Below the pieces are notes generated by a model. The model did no database searches, was not told where the DNA came from, and saw nothing but the letters and a program-made list of their open reading frames with translations. From Candidatus Limnocylindrales bacterium (GTDB lineage: Bacteria > Chloroflexota > Limnocylindria > Limnocylindrales > CSP1-4), in contig DATBLH010000069.1 of the NCBI GenBank assembly GCA_036555445.1, forward strand, positions 1,339 to 65,338: a stretch of 64,000 nucleotides of DNA. The letters run 5' to 3'. Positions 25,534 to 35,281 of this stretch are shown in pieces (within the stretch, counting starts at the first letter, position 1; every line of letters starts with the position of its first letter). The position numbers were made by a program, and so were the translations under genes.

Positions 25534-26250
25534 CTAGATCGAGGCCAGGTACCGGAGCAGGGGCGTCCCGACCGTAAACCCATCGGCAAGGACCCTAGGC
25601 AGCTCCGGGCTGAACGCGTCGTCGTCAGACAGCCGGCGGCCAAACGTCACGTTCTTCTTGCGCAGCAGGTCGGATGCTGGGTGATCGGCTGGGTAACCGG
25701 TCGGTACGCGTTTGAGGGACTCGCCGTCGTCGCTGACGCTGCCGAACGTCGTGCGGAACGCGGGGGCTTCGACGATTGCCCGGAAGCCGTCGTAGTCGTG
25801 CATGACCCGGTCGCGGAAGCTCTTGAGCCAGCTCGGCTCCGGGTGCCAGACCCCACCGCCAACGTAGATCTCGCCGGGCTGAAGGTGAAAGTAGCCACCG
25901 CTCGCATGGACGTCGGCTGCGTGCGACCGTCCGGCCTCCTCGTTCCGGTCGCCCGACCAGCGGAAGCTCGCGGCCACCGCCGTCTTGTACGGTCGCTTGT
26001 CCTTGGAGAAGCGGACGTCCCGATAGATCCGGAACGGCGACCTCGCCGGGTCCGCGGACAACGGGATGCCCTTCGAGCGAAACAGCGCGTCGAGCGCGAC
26101 ACAGAGCTGCTCCATCGGCTCCTTGAGCAGCCGCTCGTAGTCCGACTTTCGAGGCTGGAACCAGGCGCGGTCGTTGTTCTCGGCCAGGTCGGCCAGGAAC
26201 TGGATCGCCTCGGGTCGAAAGCCGGTGAACGATGTGGCGGCGACGGCCAT
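25534..26250 (-). CDS. DUF2461 (TIGR02453) family protein
   Basis: 238 aa. FTGFRPEAIQFLADLAENNDRAWFQPRKSDYE...PFRIYRDVRFSKDKRPYKT...GGYFHLQPGEIYVGGGVWHP. Confidence 0.85.
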   Translation of the reverse strand: MAVAATSFTGFRPEAIQFLADLAENNDRAWFQPRKSDYERLLKEPMEQLCVALDALFRSKGIPLSADPARSPFRIYRDVRFSKDKRPYKTAVAASFRWSGDRNEEAGRSHAADVHASGGYFHLQPGEIYVGGGVWHPEPSWLKSFRDRVMHDYDGFRAIVEAPAFRTTFGSVSDDGESLKRVPTGYPADHPASDLLRKKNVTFGRRLSDDDAFSPELPRVLADGFTVGTPLLRYLASI

Positions 26251-26314
26251 CTCGAGTACCTCCGGGCAGCGAATCTACCCCGCCGGCCGTGGCGGCGCCG
26301 TATCCTCGTCCGCG

Positions 26315-26689
26315 ATGGGCAAGGACACCGCGCCGAGCACGATTCCGGCTGACCGATTGGCCATCTACGACCGCCTCGTGTCCACCCAGGCCGGCGTGGA
26401 ACGCAAGGGCGTGACCGTGCCCTACACGTCGATCAACGGGCACATGTTCAGCTTCCTGACACCGACCGGCTCCCTGGCGCTGCGCCTCGGCCCGGCGGAC
26501 CGCGAGACGTTCCGCACCCGTCACGGGGCGCACCTCCACGAGGCACACGGAACGGTGATGAAGGAGTACGTCGCGGTTCCGGACGCCCTGTTCGCCGACA
26601 CGGACGCGCTGGCGCCGTCGTTCGCGGCCAGCCTGGCCTACGTGTCGGGCCTCAAGCCCAAGCCGACCACGCGGCGAAAGGCCGGCTGA
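26315..26689 (+). CDS. hypothetical protein (124 aa)
   Basis: Start at MGKDTAPSTIPADRLAIYDRL (ATG 26315). GC3-rich and globular-looking. Family not recognised with confidence. Confidence 0.55.
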   Translation: MGKDTAPSTIPADRLAIYDRLVSTQAGVERKGVTVPYTSINGHMFSFLTPTGSLALRLGPADRETFRTRHGAHLHEAHGTVMKEYVAVPDALFADTDALAPSFAASLAYVSGLKPKPTTRRKAG

Positions 26690-26702
26690 GGGAGGTGCGC
26701 TC

Positions 26703-27950
26703 TTATCCAGCCGGATCGGGGGTCGCGGCCGGATCGGGGGTCGCGGCTGGTGCGGCGCGGCGGATGCCCTCCCGCAGGCGCGTCGGGGACAGCAGGAGGC
26801 AGCACGCGACGAGCGCCACGGCCACGGCCACCAGGATCCACAGGCTGGTGGTGAACGAGCCCGTCACATCGCGGGCAATGCCCAGCACGAACGGACCGAT
26901 CGACGACAGGATGTAGCCGCCCAGGAGCATGAGAGCGGCCACCGAGCCCACCTGGCTGGCGTCGTCCGCTACGTCGAGCGGGAGGGTGAGGACGAGCGGG
27001 AAGACCATCCCCAACGCCAGCCCCATCACGGCGATCAACGGGAATGCGAACGTCGGGGCGAGGATGATCCCGATCATCGTGACGACCGCCACGGCCGACG
27101 AGAGGATCAGTTGTGGCCGACGCGCGCCGAGCCGATCGGCGACGAGTGGGACGCCGATCGTCGTTGCCAGACCCACGCCGTTGAACACGGCGATCAGCGA
27201 GCCGGCGTCGCTCACCGACCAGCCCTGCTCCCCGATGGCACTCGGGAGCCAGGCCACGATCCCGTAGAACAGGATCGACTGGAGCCCGAACACGAGCACC
27301 AGCAGCCACCCGGTGAGGCTGGACCACGGCAGTCTCAACGCCCGTGACGGGAGTGGCGGACCGTCGCCCTCACCGGGCACGAGCACCAGCCACGCCATCG
27401 CCGCGACCAGAGAGGCCGCGGACAGCGCGATCAGGGACAGTCGCCAGTCGCCGTCGAGCGCGAGCGGCACGGCGAGCCCGGCGCCGATCGTCGATCCGGC
27501 CACGATGCCGCCCGCGTAGGCACCTGTGCCGAGCGCGGGCCGGCCGGGGATCCTGCGTGACACGATCATCGACGGGATCGCACCCGCGGTCCCGATCGCC
27601 ACGCCGATCCCGAACGTCGCCAGCAGGATCAGCGGGTAGGCGGGCAGGAGCCCCCGGACGAGGCCGAAGCCGGCGATCAGGCCGATGCAGACGGCGAATG
27701 CACGCCTCGGGCCGAGGCGTGCGGCGAACCTGGGACCGAGTGGCGCGAACAAGCCCATGCACAGCACCGGGATGGTGGTCAGCAGGCCGCCGAGGGTCGC
27801 CGACAGGGCGAGATCGGAGCGGATCAGCGGCTGCAACGGGCCGATGGCGAGCAGCTGCGGTCGCAGCGCGAGGGACGCCACGAACAGGCCGGCGATCACC
27901 GCCAGCGGCACCGGGTCGTGACGGGGACGAGCGACAGCGCGGGTTGACAC
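26703..27950 (-). CDS. MFS transporter (CynX/NimT-like)
   Basis: 415 aa, 12 predicted TM segments. N-terminal ...LRPQLLAIGPLQPLIRSDLALSATLGGLLTTIPVLCMG. Confidence 0.85.
   Translation of the reverse strand: MSTRAVARPRHDPVPLAVIAGLFVASLALRPQLLAIGPLQPLIRSDLALSATLGGLLTTIPVLCMGLFAPLGPRFAARLGPRRAFAVCIGLIAGFGLVRGLLPAYPLILLATFGIGVAIGTAGAIPSMIVSRRIPGRPALGTGAYAGGIVAGSTIGAGLAVPLALDGDWRLSLIALSAASLVAAMAWLVLVPGEGDGPPLPSRALRLPWSSLTGWLLVLVFGLQSILFYGIVAWLPSAIGEQGWSVSDAGSLIAVFNGVGLATTIGVPLVADRLGARRPQLILSSAVAVVTMIGIILAPTFAFPLIAVMGLALGMVFPLVLTLPLDVADDASQVGSVAALMLLGGYILSSIGPFVLGIARDVTGSFTTSLWILVAVAVALVACCLLLSPTRLREGIRRAAPAATPDPAATPDPAG
26711..26746. repeat. perfect 18-nt x2 tandem duplication (CCGGATCGGGGGTCGCGG) inside the MFS 3' end
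   Basis: The copies are 26711-26728 and 26729-26746. In frame, they encode AATPDP-AATPDP just before the stop. Confidence 0.9.
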
Positions 27951-28053
27951 CGCGGGACGATAGCACCCGGGTGATCGCCGGCCGTGGGTCCGGAGTGGGA
28001 CTGATCCGATCGGGTCATGGAGCAGGCTGGACGGCGGGGGTTACCCTCGGTCC

Positions 28054-29799
28054 ATGTCCGTCACCGCGGTCGGCGCGCGTGCCGACCGCGCGGCAAGGGC
28101 CGCACGACGTCGCCCCATGATCCCCGCCGTTCTGTCCGTGCTGCTCGCGTGGTCGGCGGTGCTCCTCGCGCCCGCGTCCACGGCCCACGCCAGCGGGGTT
28201 GCCCAGCAGCCCGCGGCGGCCGTGCCGGCCGCGCGCCAGAAGCTCTCGGCCGAGGTCGTCGGATACCTGCCGTACTGGCAGATGACGGCCGAGACGTTCG
28301 CCGCGATCGACCTCACGAAGCTGACCACGATCATCCTGTTCTCCGTCGGATGGGATGCGGCGGGCCATCTCCGGACCGACCAGCCCGGATACCGGGCGAT
28401 CACGGCCGACGCGACGCGCGACTTCGTTCGGCGCGCCCAGGGCGAGGGCATCGAGGTCACGCTCTCGTTCACGAGCTTCGGCTATTCGAAGAACGCGGCG
28501 TTCTTCACCAACTCGACCGCCCAGGCCACGTTCGTCGACGAGGCGGCGGCGCTGGTTCGAGCCCACGACCTCGACGGTGCCGATCTCGACGTCGAGCAGA
28601 TGGAGGGGATCTATCGCCCGGGCTACGCCGCGACCGCGGGAAGCCTTGCCGCACGCCTCCGGGACGACAACGCGAACGCCACGTTGAGCGTGGCCACCAA
28701 CGGCGCGATCTCCGGTGCCCGGATGGCATCGGTGGCCATCGCGGCCGGAGCCGATCGCGCCTTCCTGATGGGCTACAGCTACCGAACTGCCGGTTCGGCG
28801 CCGGGCTCCATCGATCCGCTGGCACGGCGATCCGGGGACCCGGGACTGTCGCTGACGGCGTCGCTCGACCTCTATGCCCAGGCCGGCGTGCCGCTGCGCA
28901 AGGTGATCCTCGGGTTGCCACTCTACGGCCGGAGCTGGGCCACGACGACCACGGCGCTCGGATCGCCTCGACGGCCCGGAATCCGCGGGTCCGGCGCCAG
29001 CTTCACGCTCGTCGGACTGACGAAGCTGCGGGCGACGGGCACGATCCTGCGCCAGGACACCGTCCCCGTCGAGTCCGCGGCGCGGCTCGTCCGTCGCGTG
29101 AGCGGGGTGATCTGGCAGTCGTTCTACGACTCGCCGACGACGCTCAAGGTCAAGATGCGCCTCGCGCAGGCGCGACGCCTGGCGGGGGTGGGCTTCTGGG
29201 CGCTGGGATACAGCAACGGGCGTGCCGCCTACTGGTCGGCGATCGGCGAGGTGTTCGGGCCGCCGGCGATCCTGGGCATGGGGATCATCCCTGCGCCCAC
29301 CAACACCCGCCGGGTGATCGTCACCGTCCGGTGGCGGGACGGGACGGGCACCGCCACGCAGATCCGATTCGCCAACGGGCCGAACTTCGGATCGTGGCGA
29401 CCGATCGCCTCGCGAAACGCCCTGACGCTGCCTCCCGGACCTGCGGTCAGCCGTCGAACGATCCGGGCGCAGATCCGGGATGACCAGGGCTACCTGAGCC
29501 CGGTCGTGATTCGAACCGTCCTGTACGACCGGGTTCGGCCGACGATGACGGGCGTGTCGACGACATGGTCGCCCGTCGCGCGTGCGTGGGTCGTCCGCTA
29601 CGCCGGGCGAGATGTGGGCTCCGGGCTGGCGGGATACCGCCTGGTTCTCCGATATGGCGGCCAATACCAGACGCTGGCCGAGCTCCGGACGGCGACTGGC
29701 TATCTCCTCCACCTGCCGCGGACCGCCCACTTCCGGATCGCCGTCCGGAGCGTTGATCGGGCGAGGAACCTCAGCGATCCCGCCTACGCGACTCGGTGA
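28054..29799 (+). CDS. secreted glycoside hydrolase family 18 protein with C-terminal beta-rich extension
   Basis: Signal region ...AARRRPMIPAVLSVLLAWSAVLLAPASTAHA|SG. GH18 catalytic motif DLDGADLDVEQ (D-x-x-D-x-D-x-E). ...GVGFWALGY. The last about 190 aa are non-catalytic. ATG 28117 is an alternative start. Confidence 0.8.
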   Translation: MSVTAVGARADRAARAARRRPMIPAVLSVLLAWSAVLLAPASTAHASGVAQQPAAAVPAARQKLSAEVVGYLPYWQMTAETFAAIDLTKLTTIILFSVGWDAAGHLRTDQPGYRAITADATRDFVRRAQGEGIEVTLSFTSFGYSKNAAFFTNSTAQATFVDEAAALVRAHDLDGADLDVEQMEGIYRPGYAATAGSLAARLRDDNANATLSVATNGAISGARMASVAIAAGADRAFLMGYSYRTAGSAPGSIDPLARRSGDPGLSLTASLDLYAQAGVPLRKVILGLPLYGRSWATTTTALGSPRRPGIRGSGASFTLVGLTKLRATGTILRQDTVPVESAARLVRRVSGVIWQSFYDSPTTLKVKMRLAQARRLAGVGFWALGYSNGRAAYWSAIGEVFGPPAILGMGIIPAPTNTRRVIVTVRWRDGTGTATQIRFANGPNFGSWRPIASRNALTLPPGPAVSRRTIRAQIRDDQGYLSPVVIRTVLYDRVRPTMTGVSTTWSPVARAWVVRYAGRDVGSGLAGYRLVLRYGGQYQTLAELRTATGYLLHLPRTAHFRIAVRSVDRARNLSDPAYATR

Positions 29800-30751
29800 C
29801 GACGGCTCGAACCAGCCGGTCGGTGAGCAGCGCATCGGCATAGCTCGAGAGCAGGCCTCCCGGATCGCCTGAGGCCAGGCAGTCGAGGAACCGCTCCGCC
29901 TGGATCTCGTATGGATCCCGCCGGGTCCCGATCGTCTGCTCGCCGTCCCCGTCATCGAGGGTGAGGGTCCAGCTGGGTCCCGGCTCTCCCGGATGCATCC
30001 GGATCGTCGTCCGCCGACCATCGGCGATGAGATCCAGCTCGACGACGGCCGACTCGAGCAGCGACGCGTTGATGAACGAACCCACGGAGCCATCACCAAA
30101 CCGGACGATCGCCGCACCGACGTCGTCCACGTCCGCATCGGGGACCGATGGTCGTGGCCAGCGTCCACTCGCGGCGGCCACGACCTCCGCCTCGCCCACG
30201 AGGTTGCGGGCGAGGTCGTAGAGATGGGTGGCCTGCTCCACGATCTGCCCGCCGCTCTCGGCGACGTGGCGCCACCACCTGGGGGCCGGCAGTCCGCCCG
30301 TCCAGCGCCCAAGGACGAGCCGTACCGGCCGGGCCGCGAGACGTTCGCGGACGAGCGGCAGGAAGTCGAGCGCGCGCCACTGGTAGCCCACGGCGGCCAT
30401 GGGCGTTCCGGACCACAGGCGTGCGGCGACACGCTCCGCGTCGTCGGCCACCGCGGCCAGTGGCTTCTCCGTGAGGAACGGGATGCCGTGCTCGATCAGG
30501 ACGTCGCAGGCCGCCGGCGATCGGTTCGGCGGCAGGCAGACGATGACCGCATCGGGCCGTTCGCGTTGGAGCAGCTCGACGACGTCGTCATAGGGCTGCC
30601 CTCCCCACCGGGAGGCGATGGCCGCGGCCCGTTCGGTCGAGCGTGAGACCGTGCCCACCAGCTCGGTCCGGTCGAGCCGCTCCAGGGCCCGGAGATGGAG
30701 CCCCGTGATCCAGCCCGTGCCTACGAGCCCGAGCCGGATCCTGCCGGTCAT
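29771..30751 (-). CDS. Gfo/Idh/MocA family oxidoreductase
   Basis: Start at MTGRIRLGLVGTGWITGLH (ATG 30751, ATGA overlap with the upstream gene). Rossmann GxGxxG and EKPLA motifs. Confidence 0.8.
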   Translation of the reverse strand: MTGRIRLGLVGTGWITGLHLRALERLDRTELVGTVSRSTERAAAIASRWGGQPYDDVVELLQRERPDAVIVCLPPNRSPAACDVLIEHGIPFLTEKPLAAVADDAERVAARLWSGTPMAAVGYQWRALDFLPLVRERLAARPVRLVLGRWTGGLPAPRWWRHVAESGGQIVEQATHLYDLARNLVGEAEVVAAASGRWPRPSVPDADVDDVGAAIVRFGDGSVGSFINASLLESAVVELDLIADGRRTTIRMHPGEPGPSWTLTLDDGDGEQTIGTRRDPYEIQAERFLDCLASGDPGGLLSSYADALLTDRLVRAVVTESRRRDR

Positions 30752-31332
30752 CCGCTGCGCCCGACCGCCCGCCACGCGTCGGCGTAGTCCTCCACGAGGC
30801 CGTCCTCGCCGACCTCGATCTCGGCCTGGTAGCCCGTCGACCGGTACTGCCAACGCCGCTCGCCGACACGCGTGTACGACTGCTGACCCTCGACCACCTC
30901 GAGGGACGGATAGAGGACCCACGCGACCCGGATCTCGGCCGTCTCGCCCACGTCGATGCCCGGGCCCAGCCGCCAGATCGGCAGCGAATTCGTCAGCGGC
31001 GAGAACCCGAGGTCCACGTCGACGGCCGCTGGGTCGTCAGTGGCGTCGATGACGACCGCCCCGTCGCCCGATCGCCAGGTGCCTGCACCGTCGGATATGA
31101 GCTCAAGGGATGCCTCGACGGCCCCACGCGCCGTGATCGAGACGCGCCTCGTCCGGAAGCGCTCGTCCAGCTCGATCGCGTACTCGATCCGGTGTGCGCC
31201 GGCGCCCTCCGCCACCAGCGCGACCCCGGATAGTCGTGCCGGCTGCGCGGCCCACCTGATCTCGCACCACTCGATCCCTGGCAGGTCGAGCCGTTGCCAG
31301 AGGACGCGCGTGGGAGGCGCGATCCGCTCCAC
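30748..31332 (-). CDS. putative glycolipid-binding domain protein (DUF1089-like)
   Basis: 194 aa. ...WQRLDLPGIEWCEI...YAIELDERFRTRRVSI...DLGFSPLTNSLPIWRL pattern. Confidence 0.65.
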   Translation of the reverse strand: MERIAPPTRVLWQRLDLPGIEWCEIRWAAQPARLSGVALVAEGAGAHRIEYAIELDERFRTRRVSITARGAVEASLELISDGAGTWRSGDGAVVIDATDDPAAVDVDLGFSPLTNSLPIWRLGPGIDVGETAEIRVAWVLYPSLEVVEGQQSYTRVGERRWQYRSTGYQAEIEVGEDGLVEDYADAWRAVGRSG

Positions 31333-31341
31333 CGTTGCGCG

Positions 31342-32037
31342 TCAGGTCTCGATCGCCGCGCCACGCTCCGAAAGGTGGCGCCGGAGGTCATACGACTCGT
31401 CCTGGCGACGACGCTCGAGGTACGTCGCGAAGTCGAACTGCTGTCGGAGGCTCGTCCCCGCCGCGACGAGCTCCGCCTGGCCGCGCTCAGCGGCCGCGAT
31501 GCGCGACGCCTCGCCGAGCACCTCGTCCAGGCGGATGGCGGACACGAACACCACGCCGTCGTCGTCGGCGACCACGATGTCATCGCGCGTGATCTCGACG
31601 TCGCCGATCGTCGCGCTCGCGAGGCGATCGGCGCGACGCGGCCGCGACGATCGTGGGCCGAACGGGATCGAACCCAGACTCCAAACGGGAACCCCGATCG
31701 CACGGATCTCGGCCGTATCCCGGTGCAGGCCCCAGACGACGATGCCGGCCAGGCCGGCACCGGCCACCTCGATCGCCGTCAGGTCACCGATGCACGCCTC
31801 GTCCTGGCGGCCCTCGTTATCGATCACGAGCACGCCTCCCGGATCGGCGGACTCGACGGCCTCCAGGAAGACGTCGACGCTTCCCGCGTGACGGCATGGC
31901 ACCGCCGGACCGATGACAATCGGACCTGGCGTCACGCGACGGATCGCCGGTGGCGCTAAACGGACCTCGAGGCCGAACCGGACCAGGGCGTCGGCAACCG
32001 CCGCTGCCGGTGGTGAGGTCGCTCCGGGAACGCCCAT
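31342..32037 (-). CDS. RraA family protein (RraA / 4-hydroxy-4-methyl-2-oxoglutarate aldolase-like)
   Basis: Start at MGVPGATS (ATG 32037). ...GGVLVIDNEGRQDEACIGDLTAIEVAGAGLAGIVVWGLHRD. Confidence 0.8.
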   Translation of the reverse strand: MGVPGATSPPAAAVADALVRFGLEVRLAPPAIRRVTPGPIVIGPAVPCRHAGSVDVFLEAVESADPGGVLVIDNEGRQDEACIGDLTAIEVAGAGLAGIVVWGLHRDTAEIRAIGVPVWSLGSIPFGPRSSRPRRADRLASATIGDVEITRDDIVVADDDGVVFVSAIRLDEVLGEASRIAAAERGQAELVAAGTSLRQQFDFATYLERRRQDESYDLRRHLSERGAAIET

Positions 32038-32164
32038 CCGGGCGGAGCCTAGCACGGCATCGAGCCGGATCGGGGCACTGGGGAAGACCTGCGGATGGCG
32101 CTCCTGCCGAGCGTGATGACGACGCCCTTCGCCCCCCGCCGACGGCCTCTGATACGGTGGCCGC

Positions 32165-33412
32165 GTGACCACCCCCACGATGGACCGGTCTTATCGCGCG
32201 CTGCTCGCCGTCCCGTCGCTGGGCCGGATTCTGTTGGGCATGGCGATCTCGCGGATCGGCGGCGGCATGCTCTCGGTGGCCGCGATCCTGTTCACCCTCG
32301 AGCGTTACGACTCCCCTGCCCTGGCGGGCCTGGTCTCGTTCGCCAGCGTCGCGCCGGGACTGCTGGTGAGCCCGATCGCGGGAGCGCTCCTCGACCGTCA
32401 CGGGCGCACCCGACTGATCGTGCTCGACCTCATCGTGGGCAGCATCGCCCTGCTACTGATCGCCGTTCTTGCCGTGCTCGACCTGCTGCCACCGTGGCTG
32501 CTGGTCGCGATCATGGCCGTGGCCTCGCTCACCAGCCCATTGAGCACGACCGGGCTCCGCAGCCTGTTCCCGATCATCGTGCCGCCTCACCTCTGGGAGC
32601 GTGCCAACGCGGTCGACTCGAACGGCTACGTCCTGATGACGCTGATCGGGCCCCCGTCGGCGGGAGCCCTGATCCAGTTCGCCGGCGGTCCGGCGGCGAT
32701 GGTGGTGATCGGTGTCGTGCTCGCCGTCTCGGCGGCCATCCTCGCCGGCTCTCCCGACCCCGAGACCGACACCGTGACCTCGGGGAGCATCCTCAAGGAC
32801 GCCTGGCTGGGCCTGATCTATACCTGGCGCAACCCGAGCCTGCGCGGGCTCGGGTTCTCGATCTCGGCGCTCAACCTCGCCGGTGGAGCGCTGACGATCG
32901 TGATTCCCCTGATCATCCTCCAACGCCTCGGTGGAACCGAGGCGATGGTCGGGCTTGCGTTCGCGGTCATGGGCATCACGGGCGCCGTCGCTGCGTTCAT
33001 GTTCGGACGGGTGCACAGCGAGGGCATCGAGCGGCCGATGCTGGCCCTGCCCATGCTCGGGGTGGCGGCAGCGCTGCTGTTGTTGCTGCCCGGCCCGAAC
33101 CTGGTCCTCCTGGTCCTTGCACTGGCGGCGTTCGGCTTCCTCAACGGTCCGTTGGACATTGCGCTGTTCACGCTCCGGCAGCGTCGGACCGATCCGGCCT
33201 GGATGGGCCGCGCGTTCGCGGTCTCGATGGCGTTCAACTACGCGGGCGTGCCGCTCGGTGCGCTGGCGGCCGGTCTCATGGGCAGCTCCGGGATCGAGCT
33301 CGTGGTCCTGCTGGCGATCCTGTGCTCGGTTGCGGCGGCCGCGATCGCGTGGTGGCTGATCCCGGCGAATGCACCGGCGATCGGCGTCATCGAGGAAGGG
33401 CCGTCCGCCTAG
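32165..33412 (+). CDS. MFS transporter
   Basis: 415 aa, 12 TM segments. ...PIAGALLDRHGRTR motif between TM2 and TM3. Confidence 0.85.
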   Translation: MTTPTMDRSYRALLAVPSLGRILLGMAISRIGGGMLSVAAILFTLERYDSPALAGLVSFASVAPGLLVSPIAGALLDRHGRTRLIVLDLIVGSIALLLIAVLAVLDLLPPWLLVAIMAVASLTSPLSTTGLRSLFPIIVPPHLWERANAVDSNGYVLMTLIGPPSAGALIQFAGGPAAMVVIGVVLAVSAAILAGSPDPETDTVTSGSILKDAWLGLIYTWRNPSLRGLGFSISALNLAGGALTIVIPLIILQRLGGTEAMVGLAFAVMGITGAVAAFMFGRVHSEGIERPMLALPMLGVAAALLLLLPGPNLVLLVLALAAFGFLNGPLDIALFTLRQRRTDPAWMGRAFAVSMAFNYAGVPLGALAAGLMGSSGIELVVLLAILCSVAAAAIAWWLIPANAPAIGVIEEGPSA

Positions 33413-35277
33413 GGGTGGTCGTCGACCGAGACCCAGCGGCGGTCGAGGGTCAGCTGGATCACGGTCGGGCGGTCGGCGGCGGCGAGCGCCTGGCGGAGGG
33501 CGCTCTCGAACCCCGCATCGCTCTCGACCCGGACACCGCGTGCGCCGCACGCGCGCGCGACGGCCGTGAAGTCGAACGGGCCGAGATCGGTGGCGACCGG
33601 CTGTCGTCCGTCGCGCTCCTGGTGCATCCGGATCGTGCCGTATCGCTCGTTGTCGAACACGAGCGCCACGACCCGCAACCCCTCGCGGACCGCCGTCTCG
33701 AGCTCGGCCATCGACATCGCGAAGCCACCGTCCCCGGAAACGGAGACAACGGCCCGGTCACGATGGACGAGGGCGGCACCGATCGCAGCCGGGAATCCAT
33801 AGCCCATGGCGCCTGATGTCGGACCCAGGAACGTGCCGGGTCGCCGGAAGCGGAATCCTCTCGCCAGCCAGCCCGCGAAGTTACCGGCATCGGTGGTCAC
33901 GACCGCGTCGTCGGGGAGGACCCGCCGAAGCGTGGTGATGATCCGGCCGGGATGGACGCCCGGGCCATCCCACGGCGCCTCGTCGACGGTGGTGGCCGCG
34001 TCCCAGGCGGCGCGGTCCGCGTCGTTGGCCGCTCGGCGGGCGTCCACGAGCGAGGCCTCGAGCACGCCCGACCGGAGGCGGACGATCGCAGCGCGGATGA
34101 ACGCTCGCGCGTCGGCCCGGATCGCGAGCTCCGGTGGCGGGAGGCCGGTGCCCTCGTCCGTGCGCGGCGACAGGTCGACGTGCACCCAGCGCTGCCCGGG
34201 CCGCGGGACCTGGTAGCCGTAGGAAGCCGGTTCGTTGAGCCGGCAACCGAGCACCAGGATCGCGTCCGCACGCTCGAGTCGCTCGCGGACGACGCTCGGC
34301 GCCCCGTATCCGGTCATGCCCAGATAGAGCGGGTTCTCGTTGGGGATCACGTCGCCCCGGCGCCAGGCGGCAATCACCGGCACGTGGAGCAGCTCCGCCA
34401 GGCGCGCGAGGTCGGTCGAGGTTCGGGCACGCAGCACACCGCCCCCAGCAAGGATCACCGGGCGTTCGGCGCCCGCGAGGAGATTGAGCACGGCGCGGAC
34501 GTCGCCATCAGCGGGGCGAGCGGCCGATGGTCTCGGCGCCTCGACCCGCGTCTCCGGCGGTGGAGCCTCATCGAGCACGTCCTCGGGAACGGCGAACAGG
34601 ACCGGCCCTGGGCGCCCGAGGATCGCCTGCCCGAGACCCTCGGCCAGGACCGCTGCCGCGGTCGACGAATCGTCGATCGTGCCCGACCACGCGGCCAGCC
34701 TCCCGATCGAGCCCGGCAGATCCGCTTCCTGGAAGGCTTCGCGCCCGGCGAGGCGGCGCTCGACGCCTCCGACGATCGCGATCAGCGGCGACGAATCGGC
34801 CCGGGCGGCATGGATGCCGACGGCCAGGTTCGCTGCACCCACGGCGCGGGTCGCCAGGCACGCCGACGGCCGCCCAGTCAGCTGGGCCTGCGCCGAGGCC
34901 ATGAAGGCGGCGCCGTTCTCGTGGCGGGTGGCAACCACCCGGATCCCGACGTCGACAAGGGCGTCGATAAGCGGTAGGAAGCTCTCGCCGGGAACCGTGA
35001 ATGCCGAACGGACGCCTGCGGCCCGGAGCGTGGCCGCGATGAGGCCGGCGATGGTGGTCGGCGGCGCCGACGGTGGCACGAGCTCGTCGTGACCGCTATC
35101 GCTTTCGTCCGGGAGGGGCGCATGGCCGTCGAGGTCAGCCGTCGGCACCTCTGCCACGGCGACGGGTTCGTCGGGGCCGGTCGTCGACGCGTCGGAGGCC
35201 GTCGTCAGATTGTCGGCGGAAGGCTCGTCAACCGGCCGCTCGGCGGCGACGCCGGTCGACCTGGAGTCGTCCGTCAT
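33409..35277 (-). CDS. thiamine diphosphate-dependent enzyme (acetolactate synthase-like) with about 75-aa acidic N-terminal extension
   Basis: ...FTVPGESFLPLIDAL...ATRHENGAAFMA...; TPP motif GAMGYGFPAAIGAAL...SGDGGFAMSMAELETAV...FDNERYG. The extension is GC3-rich. No ilvN-like small subunit is adjacent. Confidence 0.85.
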   Translation of the reverse strand: MTDDSRSTGVAAERPVDEPSADNLTTASDASTTGPDEPVAVAEVPTADLDGHAPLPDESDSGHDELVPPSAPPTTIAGLIAATLRAAGVRSAFTVPGESFLPLIDALVDVGIRVVATRHENGAAFMASAQAQLTGRPSACLATRAVGAANLAVGIHAARADSSPLIAIVGGVERRLAGREAFQEADLPGSIGRLAAWSGTIDDSSTAAAVLAEGLGQAILGRPGPVLFAVPEDVLDEAPPPETRVEAPRPSAARPADGDVRAVLNLLAGAERPVILAGGGVLRARTSTDLARLAELLHVPVIAAWRRGDVIPNENPLYLGMTGYGAPSVVRERLERADAILVLGCRLNEPASYGYQVPRPGQRWVHVDLSPRTDEGTGLPPPELAIRADARAFIRAAIVRLRSGVLEASLVDARRAANDADRAAWDAATTVDEAPWDGPGVHPGRIITTLRRVLPDDAVVTTDAGNFAGWLARGFRFRRPGTFLGPTSGAMGYGFPAAIGAALVHRDRAVVSVSGDGGFAMSMAELETAVREGLRVVALVFDNERYGTIRMHQERDGRQPVATDLGPFDFTAVARACGARGVRVESDAGFESALRQALAAADRPTVIQLTLDRRWVSVDDHP

Positions 35278-35281
35278 GGGA

